A stretch of 37,000 nt of DNA from a virus (taxonomy: Duplodnaviria; Caudoviricetes): the IMG/VR virus record IMGVR_UViG_3300017785_003765, positions 1 through 37,000 of that record; one strand, 5' to 3'. Each line of letters begins with the position of its first letter. Position 1 is the stretch's first letter. The notes under the pieces are model-generated. The model was not told where the DNA came from. It worked only from the letters and a program-made list of their open reading frames with translations, and ran no database searches. Shown here in pieces: positions 9,573 to 17,543 of this stretch. A program made the translations under genes and the position numbers.

Positions 9573-11000
9573 TTAATGCGCCATCCAACTGGACACGGCG
9601 CCCCACTGTCGAGGCGGACGATGCGTCGGCGTCGGGGGCACCCGCATCTGCGACCGCCCCGAAATAATCAAATACCGCGTGGCGTCCATCAAGTGGTCGC
9701 CGCTTTTGACAATCTTGCCCTGTTCGTCCCGATGATACTTCCGAAACTCACTGCGCCAGTTACGGAGATGCTCCTGCACCTTCAGCCGCCCCGACACCAG
9801 CAAGTTCCATGTTTCGGTCAGTCCGGCTTCGACGGCATTGATCGCGGGGTCGAGGTGTAACCCTAATCGACCATAAATTTGTATCAAGGTGCGTCCGTCA
9901 ATCTGGCTGCTGCCCGAGGACGACGGGTCAATGACCCCAGCCATCCATGCGCCACGCGCCTTAATCGCTTCGGCATGACTCGCCGGTTCTCCCTGCCCCT
10001 GATAATGCTCGTCATACAGCACAATCTGCCCAGACCCAGGGTCTTGTGCGCCCCACACCACCGCCGTGCGGTTCCAGCCCACATCCATCGCGTACACCCG
10101 CCGCCACGTCTCGGGAATCTCGGCGGTCGGCACCAAAATATCTTTTTCGCTGATCGGGTAAATTGCGCCCGACCCCAAACTGGGTTCACCCTCCGTGCGT
10201 GCGGCAATCTGGTAGGGCGGCGTGGTCGCCATTAAGGCCCGACGCTCGTCCACATCCAGATGCGGCACATCCTTCCAGCCCGCTTGGATGAACGTCTTGA
10301 ACTCCGCCGACGCCTCCGTCTCCGGTTCAAGGAATCCCTTGACCACGGCACTCATGCCCTGCAACGGCGTAAACGTCACCATCACAATGCCCTTGGTGGT
10401 CACCGTGCGATAGAGCATCTCGGTGTAGCAATCCGCGGGGGGTTCTTCGTCACACCAAATGACGTGCTTACTCGTGCCTTCAAAGCTGGGACGGCCCTGC
10501 TCATACGTCTTCAAGCCCAACAAGCTCGACCCGCCGCTGCTGTGCTTAATGACCGCGCCTTCCAGTGCGCCGGGCAGACCGCGTGAGCTAATCGTGGACA
10601 GAATCAAGTGGGCCGGAATCATCCCGGTGCCGGGGAGTTGCACCGACCCCAACAGTTTGGCTTGCACAATGTCGCGGGTCGTCTGGCTATTGGTGCCCAC
10701 CGCCCAGCATTCGACCGGGGTGTCAAACCGACGACCGGCCCACCACGCCGGATACACGCCGGTCAGGTGACACGTCAGTTCGTAGGCCCCAGCCTCCGAT
10801 TTCCCGACCCGGTTGGCGGCCATAAACAGCCGCTCCTTGAAGACCTTGCCTTGAGCAAAGAACTCCAAGTGACGCGGATACAGCACTCTGGCGGTGGGAC
10901 CGCTGTCCGCAAAAAATGTATGAAACCGGGCGCTCGACCGACGCCCCGCCTCGTCCATCAGCCGCTGATACAGCGCCTGGTCGTCCAACGTGAGCGGCAT
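9573..11000 (-). CDS. terL: Terminase large subunit
   Basis: Walker A AANRVGKS, Walker B IWCDEEPP, TFTPLQG coupling motif, nuclease MDVGW and DHLMDATRY. Confidence 0.95.
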   Translation of the reverse strand: MPLTLDDQALYQRLMDEAGRRSSARFHTFFADSGPTARVLYPRHLEFFAQGKVFKERLFMAANRVGKSEAGAYELTCHLTGVYPAWWAGRRFDTPVECWAVGTNSQTTRDIVQAKLLGSVQLPGTGMIPAHLILSTISSRGLPGALEGAVIKHSSGGSSLLGLKTYEQGRPSFEGTSKHVIWCDEEPPADCYTEMLYRTVTTKGIVMVTFTPLQGMSAVVKGFLEPETEASAEFKTFIQAGWKDVPHLDVDERRALMATTPPYQIAARTEGEPSLGSGAIYPISEKDILVPTAEIPETWRRVYAMDVGWNRTAVVWGAQDPGSGQIVLYDEHYQGQGEPASHAEAIKARGAWMAGVIDPSSSGSSQIDGRTLIQIYGRLGLHLDPAINAVEAGLTETWNLLVSGRLKVQEHLRNWRSEFRKYHRDEQGKIVKSGDHLMDATRYLIISGRSQMRVPPTPTHRPPRQWGAVSSWMAH

Positions 11001-11480
11001 TTACTCGTGCAGTTTCTTCAGCAACGCCGCCATGTTCGCCTTCAGTTCCGCATCGCTCAGATTCGCCGTTGGCGTCGACGTGACATCCAGGTCCAGACTC
11101 TGCCGCGCCTGTCCAAACATCCGGTCCATGATGTCCTTCAGAATCGGCGCACTCGGCGCAATCGCACTCAGCCGATACGCCTGCTCTCCCGCATCCAGCT
11201 TGTCCGACATGACCTCGGGATCGACCACCGTCTGCCACTTGCCCTGCGCGTCCCGCGCCTGCATGTGCGTCACGCCCTCCGCCGCCGTCAACTGCGCTTC
11301 CACCAGCCGGTCAAACCGCTTACTCACCGCCATCTTCCACGCGGCCAGCAACTCCGCTTTCTCGCGCATTACAAACGACTGCCGGACCCGTGGTCCCTTC
11401 GCAATGTCTCGGAACTTCTTCCCCACCCCATTCCCATACGTCCCGCCCCGATACGGACGAGGCGGCAGTTTTAAGGTCAT
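11001..11480 (-). CDS. Terminase small subunit (probable)
   Basis: Abuts terL; ILKDIMDRMFGQARQSLD and NLSDAEL C-terminus typical of TerS; start uncertain. Confidence 0.65.
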   Translation of the reverse strand: MTLKLPPRPYRGGTYGNGVGKKFRDIAKGPRVRQSFVMREKAELLAAWKMAVSKRFDRLVEAQLTAAEGVTHMQARDAQGKWQTVVDPEVMSDKLDAGEQAYRLSAIAPSAPILKDIMDRMFGQARQSLDLDVTSTPTANLSDAELKANMAALLKKLHE

Positions 11481-11515
11481 AGACGCGGTTGTATCACAAG
11501 TCTTGTCAATTCCCC

Positions 11516-11543
11516 TAGACATTCGTCCGCAGACTGCTATACT
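11516..11543 (+). promoter_or_regulatory. Sigma-70-like promoter reading into a non-coding structured region
   Basis: TAGACA-N16-TATACT with extended -10 TGc. Confidence 0.5.
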
Positions 11544-11549
11544 GCGTGC

Positions 11550-11890
11550 ACTGCGCTGAGAGGGTCAACCGCTGGCGGCGCGGAGCACGACGTGATCGAT
11601 CACGAGGCGATTACCAGGACGCACAGTCGCCAAGGTGGGAGCCGAGTCGGCGCATCCCTGACACGGACAGGCGCACTCAACGACTCGATACGACTAGAGC
11701 CTGCGGGGAGTACCCGGCGGTCGGTACTGTAAGTCTTGGTCGAGGATAGGCGGGTTCAGCCTGCATCACGTCAGGCTGACTCTTGGGTTCCAAGAGGCCG
11801 CGCCCTATCTACCCGTGAACAGCCGCCCATTTCGACGGTGGTGACTCCAGGTCTGGCTTGCCCCACCGCGGGGAGAGCCACACCCGCTCA
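11550..11890 (+). ncRNA. Candidate structured non-coding RNA (family unknown)
   Basis: Consecutive stems CTGCGCTG/CGGCGCGG, CGTGATCGATCACG, GGCGATT/AGTCGCC, AGTACC/GGTACT, TCAGCCTG/CAGGCTGA and CTCTTGG/CCAAGAG, the last two enclosed by GATAGG/CCTATC; no credible ORF. Confidence 0.45.
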
Positions 11891-11923
11891 CGCCAACCCT
11901 TTCTCTGGTGGTCTTCGCTCTCT

Positions 11924-11961
11924 AAGACGTCGTCTCTAGAAGACGTCGTCTCTCCAAGACG
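11924..11961. repeat. Tandem 14-bp direct repeat AAGACGTCGTCTCT (2 copies plus a partial copy)
   Basis: Copies at 11924-11937 and 11940-11953; AAGACG at 11956. Confidence 0.8.
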
Positions 11962-12142
11962 AAGCGCCCGCACGGGCGCGCTCCCCCTCCCGTCCCACGC
12001 GCCCACCCACCCCCCACGCTGACACCCTGTCGTATCCAGATCGGTTTTTCACGCCGCGGGAGATAACGAGATCTAGGGAGGGGAACGCCGATCCAAAAGC
12101 GATTCGGTTCCTGCGCCGGCCTTGGGTAAACGCCCCATGGCA

Positions 12143-12158
12143 GCACTACATGTAGTGG
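12143..12158. promoter_or_regulatory. NrdR-box-like palindrome
   Basis: GCACTACATGTAGTGG versus consensus acaCwAtATaTwGtgt. Confidence 0.5.
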
Positions 12159-12224
12159 TAGGGGTAGGGGATAGGGCTAGGGGTAGGGGTAGGTCTAGGG
12201 GTAGGCGTAGGGCAGGGCCCTAGA
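12159..12224 (+). repeat. Degenerate (TAGGGG)n G-tract, potential G-quadruplex
   Basis: TAGGGGTAGGGGATAGGGCTAGGGGTAGGGGTAGGTCTAGGGGTAGGCGTAGGGCAGGGCCCTAG. Confidence 0.8.
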
Positions 12225-12354
12225 GCTCGAGCAAGCCACCAGCCTCTGGAGGGTGAGGGGCGGCCAACCGTATCAATAACTTTCCCGCAGAATATCCATA
12301 GGTTATGCATAGGTGATGCATAGTTGCATGTGGTGCGTCATGGGGAGAACAGGA

Positions 12355-12401
12355 CCACAACCTATTGTGGTGCCATATTCGTGTGCCACTACATTATGGG
12401 G
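12355..12401. promoter_or_regulatory. Tandem NrdR-box-like sites, 31 bp apart, abutting the early -35 element
   Basis: CCACAACCTATTGTGG (12355) and CCACTACATTATGGGG (12386). Confidence 0.45.
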
Positions 12402-12403
12402 TG

Positions 12404-12432
12404 TTGACAGCCTACTACGGCTGTAGTAGCAT
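12404..12432 (+). promoter_or_regulatory. Early sigma-70 promoter with an operator-like inverted repeat
   Basis: TTGACA-N17-TAGCAT; CTACTAC-GGCT-GTAGTAG overlaps the spacer and -10. Confidence 0.75.
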
Positions 12433-12477
12433 CCTCAATGCGAGCACTACAGCTCGTCACTCGAAAGAAGGCAGACG

Positions 12478-12717
12478 ATGACGCAAACAAGCACAGCAGA
12501 CCGACAGCAGACATTTATTGACTCGCTGCCCTACGGCACAGCATCAACCGTCGCAGTGACTAGGCGAGGCTCACGGCTGCAATTCGATACGACGCACCAA
12601 GCATCGTACTCGGATGTCCTTCATCGCGCAGTAGAGCGTGGTTACAGTGTTCAGCTTCTTCTATCCCGGGATGGACGCTATCGTCTCTGTGTCCGATTCG
12701 GCACCAAAACCCGCTAG
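12478..12717 (+). CDS. Hypothetical early protein
   Basis: First ORF after the early promoter, 79 aa, GAAGG RBS. Confidence 0.6.
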   Translation: MTQTSTADRQQTFIDSLPYGTASTVAVTRRGSRLQFDTTHQASYSDVLHRAVERGYSVQLLLSRDGRYRLCVRFGTKTR

Positions 12718-12737
12718 TCACTAAGGAGATTGCAACC

Positions 12738-12998
12738 ATGAGTCAGCACTACAGCGACCTCAGCCGAGAAAACGATACGTATGCGCTGCCAGATGTTGAA
12801 GTCTTCTACCTCTCACAGAGCGAGATTGAAGACTTGGCACAAGACTATGCGTATGACAAACGTAGAGCGCGCCACGCTGCAGGGCCTGAAGAGGGCTGGT
12901 ACTTCTGGCCCTGCTTCCCCGGCTGTATGCCGGATAGTGATCCAATGGGTCCATACGATAGTGAGCAGGCCGCCATTGATGCGTCGAGGGAGGAATAG
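12738..12998 (+). CDS. Hypothetical early protein
   Basis: AAGGAG RBS; GWYFWPCFPGCMPDSDPMGPYDSEQAAI motif. Confidence 0.75.
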   Translation: MSQHYSDLSRENDTYALPDVEVFYLSQSEIEDLAQDYAYDKRRARHAAGPEEGWYFWPCFPGCMPDSDPMGPYDSEQAAIDASREE

Positions 12999-12999
12999 C

Positions 13000-13215
13000 A
13001 TGACCACCACACAACGCTATAACGCACTCATCGATGCAGGATTCGATCGTTCACGCTGCGAAGAGCGCGACGACATGGGCAGATTTAGCAAGGCTATCTA
13101 TGTTCGATGCTCGCGCTGTGAGGCCTTGTGCATTAATGGCGTCGCTTGTCACGAGACAAGATGCCCTAATATGCGCCGTGACGATCGCGACGACTGGCAA
13201 GACGATAACGACTAG
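13000..13215 (+). CDS. Small Cys/His (zinc-binding) early protein
   Basis: GGAGG RBS; CSRCEALCINGVACHETRCPN. Confidence 0.7.
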   Translation: MTTTQRYNALIDAGFDRSRCEERDDMGRFSKAIYVRCSRCEALCINGVACHETRCPNMRRDDRDDWQDDND

Positions 13216-13274
13216 TTCTTGCCTTGCTAGAACCCTCTAGCAGCGTGTTAGAGGGTTCAATGGAGGGTATGAAT

Positions 13275-13538
13275 ATGACTGTTAAGATTTTCCACGTCGG
13301 CGAGAAGGTCCGCCTAACTGGCGCATTTCTCCGGAGCACAGGACAACGGGTCGGTGGTGACGGGCAGGCCCGGTGGACAGTGCAGGCATATCATCCCGTC
13401 GCAGGCGGGCGCTCAGCCATGGTATTGACCGACGCACTCCGGCTGGACGATGGCACGTTCACGCCTGCAGAAATTTCTGCCGATCCGACGCTCAAGTATC
13501 GTCGGATCAATGCTGCGAATTTGGAAAAGTGCCGCTGA
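13275..13538 (+). CDS. Hypothetical early protein (SH3/KOW-like start FHVGEKVRL)
   Basis: GGAGG RBS; preceded by hairpin AACCCTCTA/TAGAGGGTT. Confidence 0.65.
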   Translation: MTVKIFHVGEKVRLTGAFLRSTGQRVGGDGQARWTVQAYHPVAGGRSAMVLTDALRLDDGTFTPAEISADPTLKYRRINAANLEKCR

Positions 13539-13572
13539 GTCGACTAACGCGTTTTAACCATTAAAGGAGGGT

Positions 13573-13881
13573 ATGAGTATGTTTCGAGTGACGTACGAGG
13601 TCGTAACAGAAGAGTCCGCCGAGGAAGGTGACTACGCCGAGTCGGGTTTCTACTCTAGGGGCGGCTGGAAACATGATGATCCCTCCGATTGGACGCTGCA
13701 CGACCTTGTGTCGCAATTTGGACGTTATAGCCTCGAGGACGGCGGCCGATCGTTCTATTCGGTGGATAGTGAGCCGAACTACCTCACGGGCGAAGATACG
13801 TCGTACGCCGTGCACCCGCCTGAGGGAATTACGGCGGCATCGTATGCGCGTGTCCGGCGGATTCTGGCCGTGCGCGGATAG
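13573..13881 (+). CDS. Acidic hypothetical early protein
   Basis: AAGGAGG RBS; TYEVVTEESAEEGDYAESGF. Confidence 0.75.
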   Translation: MSMFRVTYEVVTEESAEEGDYAESGFYSRGGWKHDDPSDWTLHDLVSQFGRYSLEDGGRSFYSVDSEPNYLTGEDTSYAVHPPEGITAASYARVRRILAVRG

Positions 13882-13960
13882 GCAAGGGGCCGGGGCATCC
13901 ACCGGCCCAATCTCCCGCGCCGGGCGGCACCCGGTTACCGTTTGCACGAACGAGGGACAT

Positions 13961-14428
13961 ATGACCAAACGCGAAGCTCTCCGCCAATATACGCAACAGC
14001 AGACACTTCAGGCGCTGGGGTTTACCCCGACCGAAGCCCAGGCACTACGCCGGATCAGTATGACGCTCTCACGTTGGGCCGAGAATGAGTGCGAAGGCGT
14101 GATCGAGCGCGACGAGGACCGCAACAATCGCCCGTTCTGGTCGCAACCAAGCACAGGCCGGCACTTCGTCGCACCAGTAGCGGATCGCGAAGCTGGCGCG
14201 ATGAAGCGCCTAAAGACCATCGTCTCAATGCGGAATCAGCGCGCGATTACAAACCTCGTCGAACCGGCCACGCTGCAAGGTTGTCTCGACCAAGTTTTGG
14301 ATATTTCGCTCACGTACTACGTGCAGGGCGATCCGCGCGGCGCGGCGCTGTATATCCTGCGGCCCGGTGACGTGCCAGTGGGCGCGGACGTGGAAAGCTG
14401 CTACAACCGGGGAATCGCGATTTACTAG
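13961..14428 (+). CDS. Hypothetical early protein
   Basis: GAGG RBS; LRRISMTLSRWAENECEG and YYVQGDPRGAALYI motifs. Confidence 0.75.
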   Translation: MTKREALRQYTQQQTLQALGFTPTEAQALRRISMTLSRWAENECEGVIERDEDRNNRPFWSQPSTGRHFVAPVADREAGAMKRLKTIVSMRNQRAITNLVEPATLQGCLDQVLDISLTYYVQGDPRGAALYILRPGDVPVGADVESCYNRGIAIY

Positions 14429-14482
14429 GCCGACACCCGAGCTGGGGCGGTTTCTCCGGCCACCGTAACGAACGAGGAACAT

Positions 14483-14695
14483 ATGACAAATTCAAAACAC
14501 AGACTCGAACAAGCGATTGAAGCCGCGCACAAATATCGCAGGATCGCAGCATCAGGGGACGTGGCACGCGCAGAGCAGGTGTCGCGCACGATAGACGATC
14601 TGGTCGGCTACTGGGATTGGGAGGAAAGCCATGGGCGATACAGATTCCTGTGGCCGCGCGTCGTGGCGCGGGTTGTGCGCGGGGCGGCGCGATGA
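14483..14695 (+). CDS. Hypothetical protein
   Basis: GAGG RBS; ATGA-coupled to the next gene. Confidence 0.6.
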   Translation: MTNSKHRLEQAIEAAHKYRRIAASGDVARAEQVSRTIDDLVGYWDWEESHGRYRFLWPRVVARVVRGAAR

Positions 14696-14871
14696 CACCA
14701 CAGATCGCACGACTCACGCAGGCTTTAGTGCTGGCCCTGACCGCCCCAGATGCCGCCCGAGAACGCGCCGCCGACAAGCTAGTGGATCAGCTTGCCTACG
14801 GAATGACCCCAGCCGATATCGTAGAGAGTCAGCGGCAGGCGCTGGACATCCTGGACGGGGTGCCAGCATGA
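14692..14871 (+). CDS. Small helical protein (paralogue of 17626..17817)
   Basis: ARLTQALVLALTAPD...; ATGA overlaps on both sides. Confidence 0.65.
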   Translation: MTPQIARLTQALVLALTAPDAARERAADKLVDQLAYGMTPADIVESQRQALDILDGVPA

Positions 14872-15164
14872 TCGACATCGACATCGCCGGAACGTGCCTA
14901 CAGGGACAGATCATCGCCAACTACGCCGAACTCGTCCGCGCCTTTGGCCCCCCGATGGCCGGAGACGCATATAAAACTGACGCCGAATGGCACGTCGAAT
15001 CGTACGCCGACCACACGGTTGCCACCATCTACAACTGGAAAAACGGCCCCGCCTACTGCGGCCCAGACGGGACGCCGGTCGAGCAGATCACCCGGTGGAA
15101 CATCGGCGGGCGGTCCTATGCGGCGGTCGAACTAGTGGAGCGGCTGCTGGGGGGGATTCGATGA
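14868..15164 (+). CDS. Conserved phage hypothetical protein
   Basis: GTCLQGQIIANYAELVRAFGPP...YKTDAEW...ATIYNWK...WNIGG. Confidence 0.75.
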   Translation: MIDIDIAGTCLQGQIIANYAELVRAFGPPMAGDAYKTDAEWHVESYADHTVATIYNWKNGPAYCGPDGTPVEQITRWNIGGRSYAAVELVERLLGGIR

Positions 15165-15256
15165 CTGCGCCGACCTGGCGCGACGTCATCCTATTTAGTT
15201 TGCTCGTCGGACCCGTGCTGGCGTTCGTGTTCCTCGGCGCGTCGGGCTGGCTCTAA
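15161..15256 (+). CDS. 31-aa single-TM peptide
   Basis: ATGA overlap; hydrophobic VILFSLLVGPVLAFVFLGA. Confidence 0.5.
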   Translation: MTAPTWRDVILFSLLVGPVLAFVFLGASGWL

Positions 15257-15280
15257 CCATGCCAGCGAGGAGGAGTTTTC

Positions 15281-15709
15281 ATGCGTGACATGCCGCTGTT
15301 CGATCTCGGTGTCGGCGGTCGGAAGACCACCATTGACAACATCCCCGTGAAGGCCAGAGCCGCTGACCCCCTCACGTCGCACGCGGCTGCGGCGGCGTTG
15401 CAAGCAAACACCCGATTGCGCGGCGAGTCGGTGGAGATCGTCGTCCAACTCCTCGACCGGCACGGGCCGATGACGGACCTCGAACTCGCCCCGCTGTTCC
15501 TGGTCGAAAAGCGGCGGTGCTCACCGCACCTGCATCGCATGGCGCGAAAATGGGGGCGCGAACTCGGGCTTGTGCGTGATACCGGCGACCGGCGCACCAA
15601 CAGCACCACGAAACGTGCAGGCATTGTGTGGGGTCTGGGGCGCGACCTGGCGCACCTCGCCGCCGGGTTTGAGACGTGCGCGTGTTGCGGCCACACCTCC
15701 CGTGTGTGA
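15281..15709 (+). CDS. Winged-helix-like DNA-binding protein
   Basis: GGAGGAG RBS; ARAADPLTSHAAA motif, GPMTDLEL, LGLVRDTGDRR wing. Confidence 0.65.
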   Translation: MRDMPLFDLGVGGRKTTIDNIPVKARAADPLTSHAAAAALQANTRLRGESVEIVVQLLDRHGPMTDLELAPLFLVEKRRCSPHLHRMARKWGRELGLVRDTGDRRTNSTTKRAGIVWGLGRDLAHLAAGFETCACCGHTSRV

Positions 15710-15733
15710 TTCACTCAGAGATGTCGCGGTGCG

Positions 15734-16594
15734 ATGAATTATTACAACGAGCACGACGCTAAAGCCGCCGCATGGCTGCGCGAACTGATACGTGCGGGGG
15801 AGATTCCCGCAGGAGACGTCGATGAACGATCCATTGTGGATGTGCAACCCGCCGACCTCGCCGGATTTACGCAGTGCCACTTCTTCGCAGGCATCGGCGG
15901 GTGGAGTTACGCCCTCCGACTCGCCGGATGGCCCGATGACCGACCTGTTTGGACAGGTAGTTGTCCCTGCCAGCCCTTCTCGGCCGCAGGCACCCAAGCT
16001 GGCGGCACCGATCCCCGCCATCTTTGGCCGACGTGGCATCGCCTCATCCGCGAGTGCCGCCCTCCAGTCGTCTTTGGTGAGCAGGTTGAAGCAGCGGTTG
16101 GACACGGCTGGCTCGACCTTGTTTGCGATGACCTGGAGCGAGAAGGCTACGCCGTCGGGGCGGTCGGTCTGCCTGCTGCGTGCGTCGGGGCACCGCACAT
16201 CCGGCAGCGGCTGTGGTTCGTGGCCGAGTCCGAAAGCGCAGAACGCAAACGGAGCGGGGCTGCATGGTCAGGGCGCTCAGGATTTACAGACGATGGCGAG
16301 TTGGGCGACACCGGCAGCGCGGGACAGCAAGGGGCCGAACTCCGAGGCGCACGTTACGACGAACGGCACGGGCCGGATGCACCTCGACCAATTAGCGAAC
16401 CAGGCGGTTCACCTTGGGCCGATCTCATCTGGCTCCCCTGCCGAGACGGCAAAGCCCGGCCAACTCAACCCGGCCTTCAGCCGCTGGCTCATGGGGTATC
16501 CGCCCGCGTGGGACGCCTGCGCGGGTACGGCAATGCCATCGTCCCGCAGGTCGCCGCAGAAGTAATCCGCGCCTACCTAGAGACCATACGATGA
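15734..16594 (+). CDS. C5-cytosine DNA methyltransferase, large (alpha) chain, lacking motif IX
   Basis: FFAGIGG (I), GSCPCQPFS (IV), FGEQV (VI), PHIRQRLWFVA (VIII), GYGNAIVPQVA (X). Confidence 0.9.
   Translation: MNYYNEHDAKAAAWLRELIRAGEIPAGDVDERSIVDVQPADLAGFTQCHFFAGIGGWSYALRLAGWPDDRPVWTGSCPCQPFSAAGTQAGGTDPRHLWPTWHRLIRECRPPVVFGEQVEAAVGHGWLDLVCDDLEREGYAVGAVGLPAACVGAPHIRQRLWFVAESESAERKRSGAAWSGRSGFTDDGELGDTGSAGQQGAELRGARYDERHGPDAPRPISEPGGSPWADLIWLPCRDGKARPTQPGLQPLAHGVSARVGRLRGYGNAIVPQVAAEVIRAYLETIR
15822..16565 (+). CDS. C5 methyltransferase small (beta) chain in the +1 overlapping frame
   Basis: Open for 247 aa inside the alpha gene; GGAG RBS; WPSP/WATP TRD-like repeats; motif IX-like LNPAFSRWLMGYP. 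Confidence 0.7.
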   Translation: MNDPLWMCNPPTSPDLRSATSSQASAGGVTPSDSPDGPMTDLFGQVVVPASPSRPQAPKLAAPIPAIFGRRGIASSASAALQSSLVSRLKQRLDTAGSTLFAMTWSEKATPSGRSVCLLRASGHRTSGSGCGSWPSPKAQNANGAGLHGQGAQDLQTMASWATPAARDSKGPNSEAHVTTNGTGRMHLDQLANQAVHLGPISSGSPAETAKPGQLNPAFSRWLMGYPPAWDACAGTAMPSSRRSPQK

Positions 16595-16788
16595 CCACCA
16601 GACGCACGCCCAATCCGCACGCGGCTGGCCTACGTGCGTGGCCGTTTGACCGTCCGGCGGACCGGCACCGTGCCGGCAAACGCCCGGAGCTGGTGCTCCA
16701 GCGCCTCGACGCGATCCGCCAGCCGTACGGCGATTTTTTTATAATGGACCCAGTTATACGTGTTGCTGTCGGCTTCGAGACCCAGTAG
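16591..16788 (+). CDS. Hypothetical protein
   Basis: ATGA-coupled to the MTase gene; 65 aa. Confidence 0.4.
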   Translation: MTTRRTPNPHAAGLRAWPFDRPADRHRAGKRPELVLQRLDAIRQPYGDFFIMDPVIRVAVGFETQ

Positions 16789-16859
16789 ATCCTGCCAGTC
16801 GGCAGACACGGTCGGATCGTCGGCGTGGATGCGGCGGGGCATTTTATGGTAGGCTCAGA

Positions 16860-17240
16860 AAAGCGGTGGAGGGAATGGCAAAATCCCCTCCACCAGTCAG
16901 ACGGCAGTGAAACCCTGCGGTATGACGGAGACCACGTCTCTATCCTACCTTAGTTTTCCTGCTCAGGTTTTCCCACGCTGCGGGGCACGTTGTATGTGTT
17001 CGCGCTCTCGGATGCTGGGGTCAGCCGTCGCGTCACCCCATACCCTTTCGTCGTGCGACTGGCAAGGGAGCAATGTCGCGCCCTGACAACTCTCGACCAT
17101 GCCATCTCCGCAAGGAGTCCAGTCAGCGCACTTAGTCTGGTTGCTAGGTTCTTTCGGGGACCGAGGCGGGGCCAGACACGGGAGCTTCGCGAACGTGCCG
17201 TGCCTCTTCCTACGAAGATGGCGGGAATAGAGGGCGTCTG
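16860..17240 (+). ncRNA. Candidate structured non-coding RNA (family unknown)
   Basis: GGTGGAGGGA/TCCCCTCCACC, GCAG-TGAAACC-CTGC, GAGAC/GTCTC, TCC-GCAA-GGA, GGTTCT-TTCG-GGGACC and long-range GCCATC(17101)/GATGGC(17217). Confidence 0.45.
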
Positions 17241-17264
17241 TCTTCGGTGGTATACTACCGACAC

Positions 17265-17543
17265 ATGCAGACCTTGAACTTCGTCGTGTGGTCCCCTGAG
17301 CAGATCGTGTTCTTCCGGCGCGTCGTGCTCCAACAGAACACCCGCGCCTTCGCCCACCACTGGATTCACGAAGCCAGCGGGACGCCGCTCTCGTTCCGCA
17401 CGATTGAAGCGTGGGAGCAGGGCCTGCGTCGGCCCTCCTATTGGATACGGGCACAGATGTCGAGCGACTGGCGCAAGCTCGAGCGCAAGCACATCCACCT
17501 GCGGGGGATGCTCCCGGCCAACCCCGTGGAGGGAGAGGCTTGA
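17265..17543 (+). CDS. XRE/Cro-family HTH transcriptional regulator
   Basis: WSPEQIVFFRR..LQQNTRAFA...LSFRTIEAWEQGLRRPS; extended -10 TGgTATACT lies 8 nt upstream of the ATG (near-leaderless). Confidence 0.7.
   Translation: MQTLNFVVWSPEQIVFFRRVVLQQNTRAFAHHWIHEASGTPLSFRTIEAWEQGLRRPSYWIRAQMSSDWRKLERKHIHLRGMLPANPVEGEA

Noticed and set aside
293-11474. Long plus-strand ORFs opposite the structural genes (e.g. 293..1474, 4176..5657, 7947..9860)
   Set aside because: Antisense shadow ORFs typical of high-GC coding DNA; Arg/His-rich with no motifs.
11670-11740. Group I intron-like words (CTCAACGACT, CTGCGGGGA, AAGTC)
   Set aside because: The P/Q/R/S order and P7 pairing do not fit, and no interrupted gene flanks the region.
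11550-17260. tRNA, retron or DGR assignment for the structured regions
   Set aside because: No cloverleaf with a T-loop was seen, no reverse transcriptase is encoded, and no TR/VR pair was noticed.
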